Source: Patescibacteria group bacterium
GTDB taxonomy: Bacteria; Patescibacteriota; Doudnabacteria; UBA920
DNA length: 64,000 nucleotides
Direction: 5' to 3'
Assembly (NCBI GenBank): GCA_036726225.1
Contig: DAIMCS010000002.1
Location: forward strand, 3,994 to 67,993
The translations under genes and the position numbers were made by a program. Each line of letters begins with the position of its first letter. Position 1 is the first letter of the stretch. Positions 27,325 to 36,189 of this stretch are shown piece after piece. Under the pieces are notes generated by a model. It did no database searches. It was not told where the DNA came from and was given only the letters and a program-made list of their open reading frames with translations.

Positions 27325-28464
27325 TCAAATGATATACACAGATGGTTTGGGAAATCCATTCATTCTGGTTGACACCACTAAATTGTATGCCCCTGTATCA
27401 TGGAAGACCAGTTTATCTCCTACGGCTATATCTTGGGGGAGTAAAGCTTCGTGAGTAATAATATCAGGCGAATCGCCGGTGGGGCCGGCTAAGGCGAAAA
27501 ATGCTTCCCCGGAATCAAAGGAAGATCTGAGGCTGGTTACTTTGTAGCGGACTGAGCCTTGGTAAGCCATAGCCTCAAAGAGAGCGCTATATACCCCAGC
27601 GTCTAAAAAGAGCCAGGTGCTTTCTTTCCTTTCAACTTTTCCAATTATGCTGGTGACAACTACGCTGGTCGAGGCAATAATCCCTCTTCCAGGTTCCAAG
27701 ATAAGCTTAGGTTGGTATGGTAATTTTTTGTATTGTTCCAAGGTATTTTGTGCTATCTCCTTTAAGGTCAAAATTTTGTCTGTGGAAGCGTAGGGACAGG
27801 GGAAGCCGCCTCCAATATTTAAAATTTCTATTTTAATCCCTACTTTTTTTAATTCAATCAGGATTTCGCGTAAACTTTCTAAAGCTTCTGCCCAAGCCAT
27901 AGGATTGCTTGCTTGGGAGCCTACATGAAAACTTATACCGTAAGGTGTAAGGCCTAATTCTTTAGCCCTTATTAACAAAGGGACTGCATTTTTTTTGTCT
28001 GTACCAAATTTTTCCGAGAATTTGTAAACGCTGCCTGTGTCATTAACAATCACCCTTACATAAACCTTTGAATGTGGTGCCATGGCGGCTATTTTTTCCA
28101 GTTCAGGCAAGGAGTCGAAAGCGAATTTGTCTACCCCATATGCAGCGAATTCCTTTATATGCTCAGCCGGTTTTACCGATGTGCCATAAATCATTTTATG
28201 TGGAGGTATTTTGATTGCTTTGAGCATAGTCAATTCATATACTGATGCAATTTCAAATCCACATCCCGCTTTGGCTATTATTTTTAGAATTTCTGTTTCC
28301 GCGTTTGCTTTTAAGGCGTAGTAAATTCCCGCACCCGGAAAGTATTTTTTAAACTCGTTGATTTTATCAAGGAGATTTTTTTTTGAAAAAATAAAAAACG
28401 GAGTTTCGTATTTTAAACTTTCTAAAAAAGCATGCTCGAACACTTGGTTTCCCTTGGTTGGCAT
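27325..28464 (-). CDS. Type III PLP-dependent enzyme of the Orn/DAP/Arg decarboxylase family
   Basis: PLP-lysine motif IYYALKANAE, EPGRGIIA motif, and a C-terminal GPTGDSPD block that aligns with the family GPxC(D/E)xxD motif. Confidence 0.75.
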   Translation of the reverse strand: MPTKGNQVFEHAFLESLKYETPFFIFSKKNLLDKINEFKKYFPGAGIYYALKANAETEILKIIAKAGCGFEIASVYELTMLKAIKIPPHKMIYGTSVKPAEHIKEFAAYGVDKFAFDSLPELEKIAAMAPHSKVYVRVIVNDTGSVYKFSEKFGTDKKNAVPLLIRAKELGLTPYGISFHVGSQASNPMAWAEALESLREILIELKKVGIKIEILNIGGGFPCPYASTDKILTLKEIAQNTLEQYKKLPYQPKLILEPGRGIIASTSVVVTSIIGKVERKESTWLFLDAGVYSALFEAMAYQGSVRYKVTSLRSSFDSGEAFFALAGPTGDSPDIITHEALLPQDIAVGDKLVFHDTGAYNLVVSTRMNGFPKPSVYII

Positions 28465-28482
28465 AAAGAACGGTTAAATTTT

Positions 28483-29379
28483 TTATTTAAAGGACACAGC
28501 CATTATTCCAGCAATAATAATAAGACCGCCGATTGTCTGTGCAGCGGTAATTTTTTCTTTTAAAAATAGTCGAGCAAGAATAATGGTTGGCAAAGAAAAT
28601 GCCCCTGACAAAAGTGCTACCAAGCTGGTTAGTGATGTAGCGCTATACCCTAGACTTATTGCCAGGTAAGCGCCAATCTCACAAATGCCGATTAGAGCCA
28701 AAAACTTCCAAAGCTGTGGTTCGACAGACAGCAGATTTGTACGGCGCAGTTTGGCGACTGCCAAAAGGGCGATTGTCATAAAAACGTACATTAGCAAAGC
28801 GTAAGGTAGCCAATCTTTACCGCTTACAAACCGATCCCAAAATAAAGTCCAAAAACCGGCCATAAGGGTTGCTAGGCCAATTTCTTTAAACCCTGGGACA
28901 TGCGCTAAACTCAAGCGCTTCAGGCGCAACGCTTGAATGTCAGTATTAATTAATAAAATTCCCAAAAATAGCACGCATAGACCAATAAGCATGGTCATAT
29001 TAATGACTTCTCCAAAAATAGCGATTGACAAAATAGCTGTTAGGCCTGAGAAAGAAGCAAATATAGGGCTTAGTACGCCAACTTGGCCTTTGCCAAAACC
29101 TTTATATACAAAAAGATAAACCAACGCCTGTATTATTCCAAAAATTGCCAATGAAAAGTAGCTTTTTGTGTCTTTCGGCCACAAAATTTCATTTTGATTT
29201 ATAAAAGTTTGGTATAAAACAATACCAAATAATACTAAACAACCAAAAATATGCCCCCAAACCAAGCTGGCAACTGTCCCGACTTTATCAATAGTTTTTT
29301 TGGCAAAAAAATCTGCAAAACCCCAACCCAACATACCTCCCAGTCCAGCGAGTAGGGCAACCATTAATTCTTGATTCAT
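28483..29379 (-). CDS. EamA/DMT-superfamily transporter (10 TM)
   Basis: Two EamA-like halves of ~5 TM helices each. Confidence 0.6.
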   Translation of the reverse strand: MNQELMVALLAGLGGMLGWGFADFFAKKTIDKVGTVASLVWGHIFGCLVLFGIVLYQTFINQNEILWPKDTKSYFSLAIFGIIQALVYLFVYKGFGKGQVGVLSPIFASFSGLTAILSIAIFGEVINMTMLIGLCVLFLGILLINTDIQALRLKRLSLAHVPGFKEIGLATLMAGFWTLFWDRFVSGKDWLPYALLMYVFMTIALLAVAKLRRTNLLSVEPQLWKFLALIGICEIGAYLAISLGYSATSLTSLVALLSGAFSLPTIILARLFLKEKITAAQTIGGLIIIAGIMAVSFK

Positions 29380-29464
29380 TTTTTTGTATCAAATTTTACT
29401 GTGTATGAAAATAACAAAAATATTATAGCATCTTATACATTTTTTGGCAAAGCCTATGCTTTAT

Positions 29465-30247
29465 TTAGTTTTTGATTTGTTTACTTAATCTTTTTGCTTC
29501 TTCCCATGCTAAATCGAAGCTATTCTTTAAAATTTCTGCTATTTCTTTATTTTCAATAATAATTCCAAAATTTTCTTTCGAGGATACGAACGCAACCTTG
29601 TTTCCATATATACCGATATCAGAAGAAAAATTAAATTTTTCTTCAGGAATCATAAGGGCTTCAGCTGGTTGTGAAGGTTTAACGCGCTTGTATAACTCAA
29701 TGACTTCTTTGGATGCTGGATTTATCGCGAACATTTTTATCCCCCTTTTACCTCTTTCCTTATCTTGATTTTGAAAATCAGGCACACGTTCAAAAATAAG
29801 AAAAGGATTTGCAAAAGTTCTTAATTCCTTAGTGTTGTTTGTGGAAAAAAGATCAAAATACACTTCTTTCGCTGCATTTTCACCCTCAAATATTTTTACT
29901 ATTGGCCTAGTTTTAGTGGCTTTGTGTAAAGCCTTTAGCTCGGGAATAATAGATTCAACTCCAAGCGTCACCTCATCTTGTCGTTTGGCTGCTATCCTTG
30001 CCGAATGAAGTAATGTATCCGGAGAGACGGCAATATACCTTTGAACCTTCTTTTCGTTGGAAATACTAACAAAGCCTTTTTTTATCAAAGCTTCCAATAC
30101 AACGTAGGTTGAACTACGGTTTATCTCGGCATGTTTAGCAATTTCAAAAACCGTAGACACTTCTAATTCAAGCAAGGAAAGGTAAATTCTTGCTTCTTTT
30201 TCCGAGAGCCCAAAATTAACTAGCTGTTTTAAAAAATTTTCTTGCAT
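29465..30247 (-). CDS. TrmB-family transcriptional regulator (paralog 1)
   Basis: N-terminal wHTH LSEKEARIYLSLLELEVSTVFEIAKHAEINRSSTYVVLEALIKKGF plus a TrmB-like C-terminal domain. ~65% identical to its neighbour. Confidence 0.65.
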   Translation of the reverse strand: MQENFLKQLVNFGLSEKEARIYLSLLELEVSTVFEIAKHAEINRSSTYVVLEALIKKGFVSISNEKKVQRYIAVSPDTLLHSARIAAKRQDEVTLGVESIIPELKALHKATKTRPIVKIFEGENAAKEVYFDLFSTNNTKELRTFANPFLIFERVPDFQNQDKERGKRGIKMFAINPASKEVIELYKRVKPSQPAEALMIPEEKFNFSSDIGIYGNKVAFVSSKENFGIIIENKEIAEILKNSFDLAWEEAKRLSKQIKN

Positions 30248-30250
30248 ATA

Positions 30251-31066
30251 TTATTTTTTCTTGCGCAAGCTTATTTTTACCTCTCTATCCAGCCTTTTTG
30301 CTTCCTCCCAAGCAAGGTCAAAAATATTGTTTAACATGCCAACTATTTCTTTATTTTCTAGAATGATCCCAAAATTATCTTTTGGAGAGGTAAATGCGAC
30401 TTCGTCACCGTAAATTCCCATATCTGAAGAGAATTTAAATTTATCTTCTGGAATTAAAGCTATTTCGTAAGGGTGTTGGGGGCGAACTTTTTTGCCCAGT
30501 TCAAGTAATTGTTTTGTGGCTGGGTTTATTGCGTACATTTTTATTCCCTTTTTGCCCCTTTCTTTGTCATGATTAATAAAATTAGGCACTTTTTTAAAAA
30601 TCGCAATTGGATCAGAGATGGTTTTTAATTCCTTTGTTTTTGAGAATACAGAAAAAAGCAGATCGTAAACCTGTTTAACGGCGTCGTCTCCTTCAAAAAC
30701 TTTTACAACAGGTTTTCTTTTTGTATCTTTATGCAGGGACTTTAATTCTGGAACTATAGATTCAACCCCTTCTTTTATGCTGTCTTGTTTTTTGGCAGCA
30801 GCTTTAGCGGAATACATTAGGGTTTCGGGAGAGGCGGCTATATATTGCCTAACTTTTTTTTCGTCGGAAATACCAACTAAACCTTTTTCCTTTAAGGCTT
30901 CTAAAACAACATAAGCCGAGCTTCTGTTAATTCCCGAATGTTTTGCAGTTTCGAAGACCGTGGCTATTTCTAACTCCAGCAAGGAAAGGTAAATTCTTGC
31001 TTCTTTTTCGGAAAGACCGAAATTTATAAGTTGTTTAAGTAGTATGTCTGTCATATGTTTATCCAC
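30251..31066 (-). CDS. TrmB-family transcriptional regulator (paralog 2)
   Basis: Same architecture as paralog 1. The N-terminal coding DNA is nearly identical to 30170..30235. Confidence 0.65.
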   Translation of the reverse strand: MDKHMTDILLKQLINFGLSEKEARIYLSLLELEIATVFETAKHSGINRSSAYVVLEALKEKGLVGISDEKKVRQYIAASPETLMYSAKAAAKKQDSIKEGVESIVPELKSLHKDTKRKPVVKVFEGDDAVKQVYDLLFSVFSKTKELKTISDPIAIFKKVPNFINHDKERGKKGIKMYAINPATKQLLELGKKVRPQHPYEIALIPEDKFKFSSDMGIYGDEVAFTSPKDNFGIILENKEIVGMLNNIFDLAWEEAKRLDREVKISLRKKK

Positions 31067-31363
31067 CCCAACAATAGGGGATAAAAATAATATTTTAAAA
31101 TTTACTGTTAGAGTATAACAACAAACTTTATCATAAGCAAGGGCTTAAATAAAGCACTTTTGTCACCTATTTTAAACACGTTTATCAACAACATCTTTGC
31201 TGTTAGTTATTGACAACAATACTATATATTCTAATCTGCCATTATAAACTGACCTTTGAAAAATTTTAGGAGGTTAAATAACGAAGTTAGTTGAATATTC
31301 ATAAAATTCGAAAAATGTGTATAATTGACTTAATTGAATGTAAATTAAGTATTGAACTAAACT

Positions 31364-32026
31364 ATGAATAACAAGTATTTATTAACGGGAATAGTTGTGA
31401 CAGTTATGCTAGTTGCCACCGGAGTTATTTATCATTTTCGACAAAATAACGTTTATCGAAATGAACAAAAGGCTAATACTGACCAAATTAACTCAAGTTC
31501 TTCGCCACTGATCTATTACTCAAGTAGTCCTAAAGTTATAGGAAAGGAATTAAATGGACTTTTGTCTATTCCTGAACAATACAAACCACAGGATGTAATT
31601 ATAGATATTGACGCTTTGGCAGAACCATATTTAGAGCAAGACAAAAATAGGCCGGCTACAAGCGGTCGCCTGCAATTACTAAAAGATCCCGAAGGTTTGT
31701 TTAGTGTGATGGGTTACGGCATTTACCAAAATTACAACAGTCTCTTCTTTGAGTATGCTTTAAATTGGGAAATAGCCGTTGAGAAGGCAAACAACGCTAC
31801 AGTACCAGCTTATAAGTTCAAAAGTCAAAACATTGAAGGTTACATAAATAGGAGTTTGACTGAAATGGTAATTAAAAAAGAAGATTTAGTTTATACAATT
31901 TCTTATTCGTCAAAGGCGTTTAACCCAAACTTCGAAGGGGAAATTGACCTTGAAGATTTTCCTGGAAAAAGTAGGCCGGCTTCCGAACTTTTTATTTTTG
32001 GAAGTACTTTCCGGTTTCTGAAATAG
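31364..32026 (+). CDS. Hypothetical membrane-anchored protein
   Basis: N-terminal TM (LLTGIVVTVMLVATGVIYHF), no known domain. Confidence 0.4.
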   Translation: MNNKYLLTGIVVTVMLVATGVIYHFRQNNVYRNEQKANTDQINSSSSPLIYYSSSPKVIGKELNGLLSIPEQYKPQDVIIDIDALAEPYLEQDKNRPATSGRLQLLKDPEGLFSVMGYGIYQNYNSLFFEYALNWEIAVEKANNATVPAYKFKSQNIEGYINRSLTEMVIKKEDLVYTISYSSKAFNPNFEGEIDLEDFPGKSRPASELFIFGSTFRFLK

Positions 32027-32193
32027 TATAAAGAACTAAAAAACAAATACCGTTTTAAGAACAGAATGTTTTCTGTTTTTTTGCGGTATTTGTTTGTTCA
32101 AATCGGCGCACTAAAAAAGGAGAGGGCATGAACTAAATAATCTGAATCTGAATTTGGTTGTTTTGGAATTTTCTGTAAAAAAGGAGAAAGAGT

Positions 32194-35100
32194 ATGAGTC
32201 GGATGAAAAGAGTTCTGAAGGTTTCGGCGGTTTTTATTGGAATAGTTTTTTCACAAACCCTAGCGTTTGGGCAGCAGTGCACAGCCGCCAGAGTTACGAA
32301 CGCACAGTTCTCAAGCCCGTTCGGCAATGGAACAGTTTTTAAGACTGGTAGCCCTGGCAGTTGGCATGACGAAAACGCTCACATAGATAATGCAGGTACA
32401 AATGTTTATAGCGCCTGCGCCGTGGATATGAATGTAGGGACAGGTAGCGATGATGAAGGTATGCCTTTGGTTGCGGTTGCAGACGGAACGGTTGTCTACG
32501 CCGACATCAGAAGTGGTTTTGGCAATACTGTCATTATCCAACATTCTCCAAATACACGGAGTCAGCTTTCTCATTTGTATTACAATCCCAAAATCAAACC
32601 TGGTTTGAAAGTTGGGGATATGGTGAGGAAAGCTTCGGTAATTGGGTTTTTGGGTAACACGGGTGGATCGTCTAGCCCTCACCTACATTTCGAATGGCAA
32701 GAGATTGACTCTTTAGATCCGGTAATTCGGGATGATAAAGGTAACACAAGCGACAAATGGAAGTCTTATCACTTTCCACATATGGATGGGCAAATGGTGA
32801 CCAATGGCGGGACGGTTTCTTCTTTCAATGGGAGAATTGTTCCTGATATTGCGGTTACATATGCCGACGGTACATTCGTTAAAGACATTAATAGCACTGA
32901 TATTTACTATGTGGATGGAGGAAAACTGAGAAAATTTGGTTCTTTGGACCACTTTCGTTCTTGGTTTCCGTTCTATACCAATAGTGTTCCTATTGGGGCT
33001 GCAGTGGCTTTGGCAGGAGCTTCGACTATTTCGGCCTACCCAAAGGGAAGCGATATGTCTTTTCGGCCTGGAGTTCTACTGCGGTCCGATAAATTTGCGG
33101 AAAATATTCCCAATTCCATGTTTTATCAAGTCGTCTACGACAATAGCTTAGCCAAAAAAAAGTCCCTAACGTTTGCTCAAATAAATGCTATGGGTTTTGA
33201 AGAAGGCTCTGCTTTGATAGTTAAGGACGCGTTGATTTTAACACTGCCCGAAGCCCCCGATGTAATTATCCCTCCTTATTGCCCTGCAATCACAGCCCTT
33301 CCCGGCGGGAAATTCATGGATGAGAGTGTGGTTTTTACTGTTTCATCTTGCACCACTCCACCTGCGCTCACAGCCATGTGTTCGCCGGCCAGCTCAATTT
33401 TGGTAGCTGGCGACAGCAAGCAGTTCACACTCACCCCCACGGGAGGCACACCGCCGTACAATTATTCTTGGAGCACGGCTAGTTCTGGCATCTTCGTTTC
33501 GGGTTCAGACTCAACTACCAACGTTAGTTTTCCTGCCATGGGTAGTTATATAATTACTGGCAAGATAACAGACAGCGGTAGCGTTTCGGCCGGAACTCAG
33601 CAGACAACCCAGAGTTCATGTTCAGTCCAGGTCAACGGGGTGGTGCCGATTGGGCCGACGGAGTTTTCCAAAACTTCTTTGGCTGCCGATCCAAGCCTTA
33701 TCTCGTATTGGCCGCTTGAAAACACTTCGGACGTCAAAGCAAAAAATCCGCTTACAAACAACGGAGCAAGTTTTGAACCCGCCCAGTTTGGCAATGGCGC
33801 GAATTTAGGTTCAAACAATACAGTCCGTTATTTGACCAGCAAGAACGACCCTCGCTCATACGCTTTTTTGAGCGGGTTTGCCTACAACTTGTGGTACAAA
33901 CCTTCTTTTGCCCCAAGCGGTGGGGCCAGGTGGGAATTAGGCGGCGGCTTTTCTGACCAGGATAAAGTTAACATTCGGATAGACTATTTGGATGACGGTG
34001 GAGTTGCAAAACTGCTGTTCATCTACCAAAAAAATGGCGTGTCCGATACCCAGGTTGCTTATCCAACCACATTGCCCACCAACCTCTTTACCATGTTAAC
34101 TATTACTTACGACGGTTTTACCGTCCGGGGTTTTGTTAACGGCAATGAAGTTGGAAACGTTGCGGCAAGCGGCAGTGGCGTAGGTTTGTACGGTGAGTCG
34201 GGTTTTTCCGTTGGCGCGGCAATCCATGGAGGAAACAAAGCCAGCGGAATAATAGACGACGTAACAGCTTTCAGCCGGCCGCTTAGCGCTTCGGAGGTAG
34301 CGCAAGTTTTTGGCGGGGGCGGAGCTCCAGTTACACCGATTACAGGTCCGGTTGAGCTTTCCGCATCATCCTTGTCAACAGACCCAAACCTCGTTGCCTA
34401 TTACCGTTTTGAGGGTAACAGCAACGACAGCCGCGGCTCTAACCACGGCAGCGGCAATTCGGTTGCCTACTCTACAGCAAACGGCAAATTCGGCCAGGGC
34501 GCGGGCTTTAACGGCCTGTCTTCGAAGGTCGATTTTGGCAACCCCTTAGGTCTACAAATCACCGGTGCCATAAGCATCCATTTTTGGCTTAAGGACAACG
34601 GTTCATTTACAAATCCTGACGTCGTGGTTATGAAGAGCAATGACAGCAACTTGCGTTCCTACGCTGTCTATTTTGACTCCGGTTCGCTTACTGCTAATTT
34701 TTCTAGCGACGGCGGAGGCTCCAATAACTTTATTTTTTGGACGACGGTTAGTTGGGATCAGCAATGGCATATGTGGGATATTGTATTTGTTCCTAACGGC
34801 AGTAATTCCGTCCACAAAATTTACAAGGATGGGGTGCTCCAGCCAGACAACATTAGTTCCAGTAGTTTTAGCGGTACTGCCGTCTACAATTCTGGTTCTA
34901 ACCTGGTTGTTGGCCAAAAGAGCAACGGTGGATGGCAAATGCACGGTGCTTTGGATGACGTGGCAGTTTTTAACAGGGCATTGAGCGCTTCGGAGGTAGC
35001 GCAAGTTTTTAGTGGGGGCGGAGCTCCAGTTACACCGAGTACAGGTACGGTCAAGGTTGATGTCAGCGGCTACAGCGGAACTATTAACTGTAAGCTTAAC

Positions 35101-36120
35101 AGCAACGATCTTTCTGCGCCTGTAACCTGGAACAGCCAGCCCGCGGTTAGTTACACTTTGTCCTGCACAGCTCCCAGCGGTTATTCGATTACTTCAATTA
35201 CGCCTGATCCTACTCAAATGCTTTCTGCGGGAGCAACCGTGACTTTTATGGTAAATTTGGCGGCCGCCCCTACCCCGAGCTTTACGTTTGTTACTTTAAA
35301 CGCCAGCAAAACGGTAGAGGCCGGAAAAAATATCGGGTTTGATTTAAGCTTAAATCCGGTAACAGGTTTTTTTGCCGAGGTTTCGGTGTTCGTCGCCGGT
35401 TTGCCTGCAAACACGGCGGTAGTCAATGCCACTTTAAAATTTTCTGTAGGTCCGGTAAACGGCGCGAATTTTACGCTGACTTTACAGACCTCAGGCAACA
35501 CACCGGTCGGCACACACCCGTTGACGCTTACGGCTCTGGGCGGAGGAATTTCTAAAACCCTGTCGTTAAGCTTAACGGTCACGCCTGCCCCGCCTGCCCC
35601 GCTTTCGGTTAGCTGCTACTTGTCTCCCAATCCTGTTAATTTGGGACAGGGCACTACGCTGTTTGTAAGCGCAACCGGCGGCAGCGGCAGCTATGTTTAC
35701 AGTCTAAACGGAGGAGTTTTCCAGTCCGGCAACAGTTCGGTAGTTATCCCTCCAAATGCCGGAACAGTTAGCTATTCGGCTGTGGCAAAAGACAGTAGCG
35801 GCATTACCGCTTCTGCAAACTGCAGCGTTAATGTCACGGGGGTTGCCCCGGGCATTAGCGGCTCTATTTGGGACAGCCAGCCGACCGGCGGCGTACAGTT
35901 TTCCGGCAATCTTTCCGGAAATGCTTTTACATCCGCCGCAAGCGTTTGGTTTTACGGTCCCGGTTGTAGCAACGGTTGCCAGCATCCTTCGGCCGGAGTA
36001 AGCGTGCTGTCGCTTACGAACATTCGGCTTACCAATGTCCAGTTAGCTTCGGGCAATTGGCAAGCGGAGGTGCGTACGGTTTACGGCACGGCTAAGTCTA
36101 ACATTTTCACTGTAAGGTAG
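32194..36120 (+). CDS. Secreted 1308-aa protein: M23 (LytM-type) peptidase domain + two LamG-like domains + Ig-like domains
   Basis: Signal peptide. M23 motifs (HIDNAGTNVYSACAVDM ... GNTVIIQH ... GNTGGSSSPHLHFEWQ). LamG-like blocks (WELGGGFSDQDKVNIRIDYLDD...IIDDVTAFSRPLSASEV and ...LDDVAVFNRALSASEV). aaggag SD at 32180. Confidence 0.75.
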   Translation: MSRMKRVLKVSAVFIGIVFSQTLAFGQQCTAARVTNAQFSSPFGNGTVFKTGSPGSWHDENAHIDNAGTNVYSACAVDMNVGTGSDDEGMPLVAVADGTVVYADIRSGFGNTVIIQHSPNTRSQLSHLYYNPKIKPGLKVGDMVRKASVIGFLGNTGGSSSPHLHFEWQEIDSLDPVIRDDKGNTSDKWKSYHFPHMDGQMVTNGGTVSSFNGRIVPDIAVTYADGTFVKDINSTDIYYVDGGKLRKFGSLDHFRSWFPFYTNSVPIGAAVALAGASTISAYPKGSDMSFRPGVLLRSDKFAENIPNSMFYQVVYDNSLAKKKSLTFAQINAMGFEEGSALIVKDALILTLPEAPDVIIPPYCPAITALPGGKFMDESVVFTVSSCTTPPALTAMCSPASSILVAGDSKQFTLTPTGGTPPYNYSWSTASSGIFVSGSDSTTNVSFPAMGSYIITGKITDSGSVSAGTQQTTQSSCSVQVNGVVPIGPTEFSKTSLAADPSLISYWPLENTSDVKAKNPLTNNGASFEPAQFGNGANLGSNNTVRYLTSKNDPRSYAFLSGFAYNLWYKPSFAPSGGARWELGGGFSDQDKVNIRIDYLDDGGVAKLLFIYQKNGVSDTQVAYPTTLPTNLFTMLTITYDGFTVRGFVNGNEVGNVAASGSGVGLYGESGFSVGAAIHGGNKASGIIDDVTAFSRPLSASEVAQVFGGGGAPVTPITGPVELSASSLSTDPNLVAYYRFEGNSNDSRGSNHGSGNSVAYSTANGKFGQGAGFNGLSSKVDFGNPLGLQITGAISIHFWLKDNGSFTNPDVVVMKSNDSNLRSYAVYFDSGSLTANFSSDGGGSNNFIFWTTVSWDQQWHMWDIVFVPNGSNSVHKIYKDGVLQPDNISSSSFSGTAVYNSGSNLVVGQKSNGGWQMHGALDDVAVFNRALSASEVAQVFSGGGAPVTPSTGTVKVDVSGYSGTINCKLNSNDLSAPVTWNSQPAVSYTLSCTAPSGYSITSITPDPTQMLSAGATVTFMVNLAAAPTPSFTFVTLNASKTVEAGKNIGFDLSLNPVTGFFAEVSVFVAGLPANTAVVNATLKFSVGPVNGANFTLTLQTSGNTPVGTHPLTLTALGGGISKTLSLSLTVTPAPPAPLSVSCYLSPNPVNLGQGTTLFVSATGGSGSYVYSLNGGVFQSGNSSVVIPPNAGTVSYSAVAKDSSGITASANCSVNVTGVAPGISGSIWDSQPTGGVQFSGNLSGNAFTSAASVWFYGPGCSNGCQHPSAGVSVLSLTNIRLTNVQLASGNWQAEVRTVYGTAKSNIFTVR

Positions 36121-36189
36121 AGATGGCGAATATCTGCTACTTTTACAAAAGGCCGCCTCCTCTTTGGAGACGGCCTGTTTTTTTCTTTT

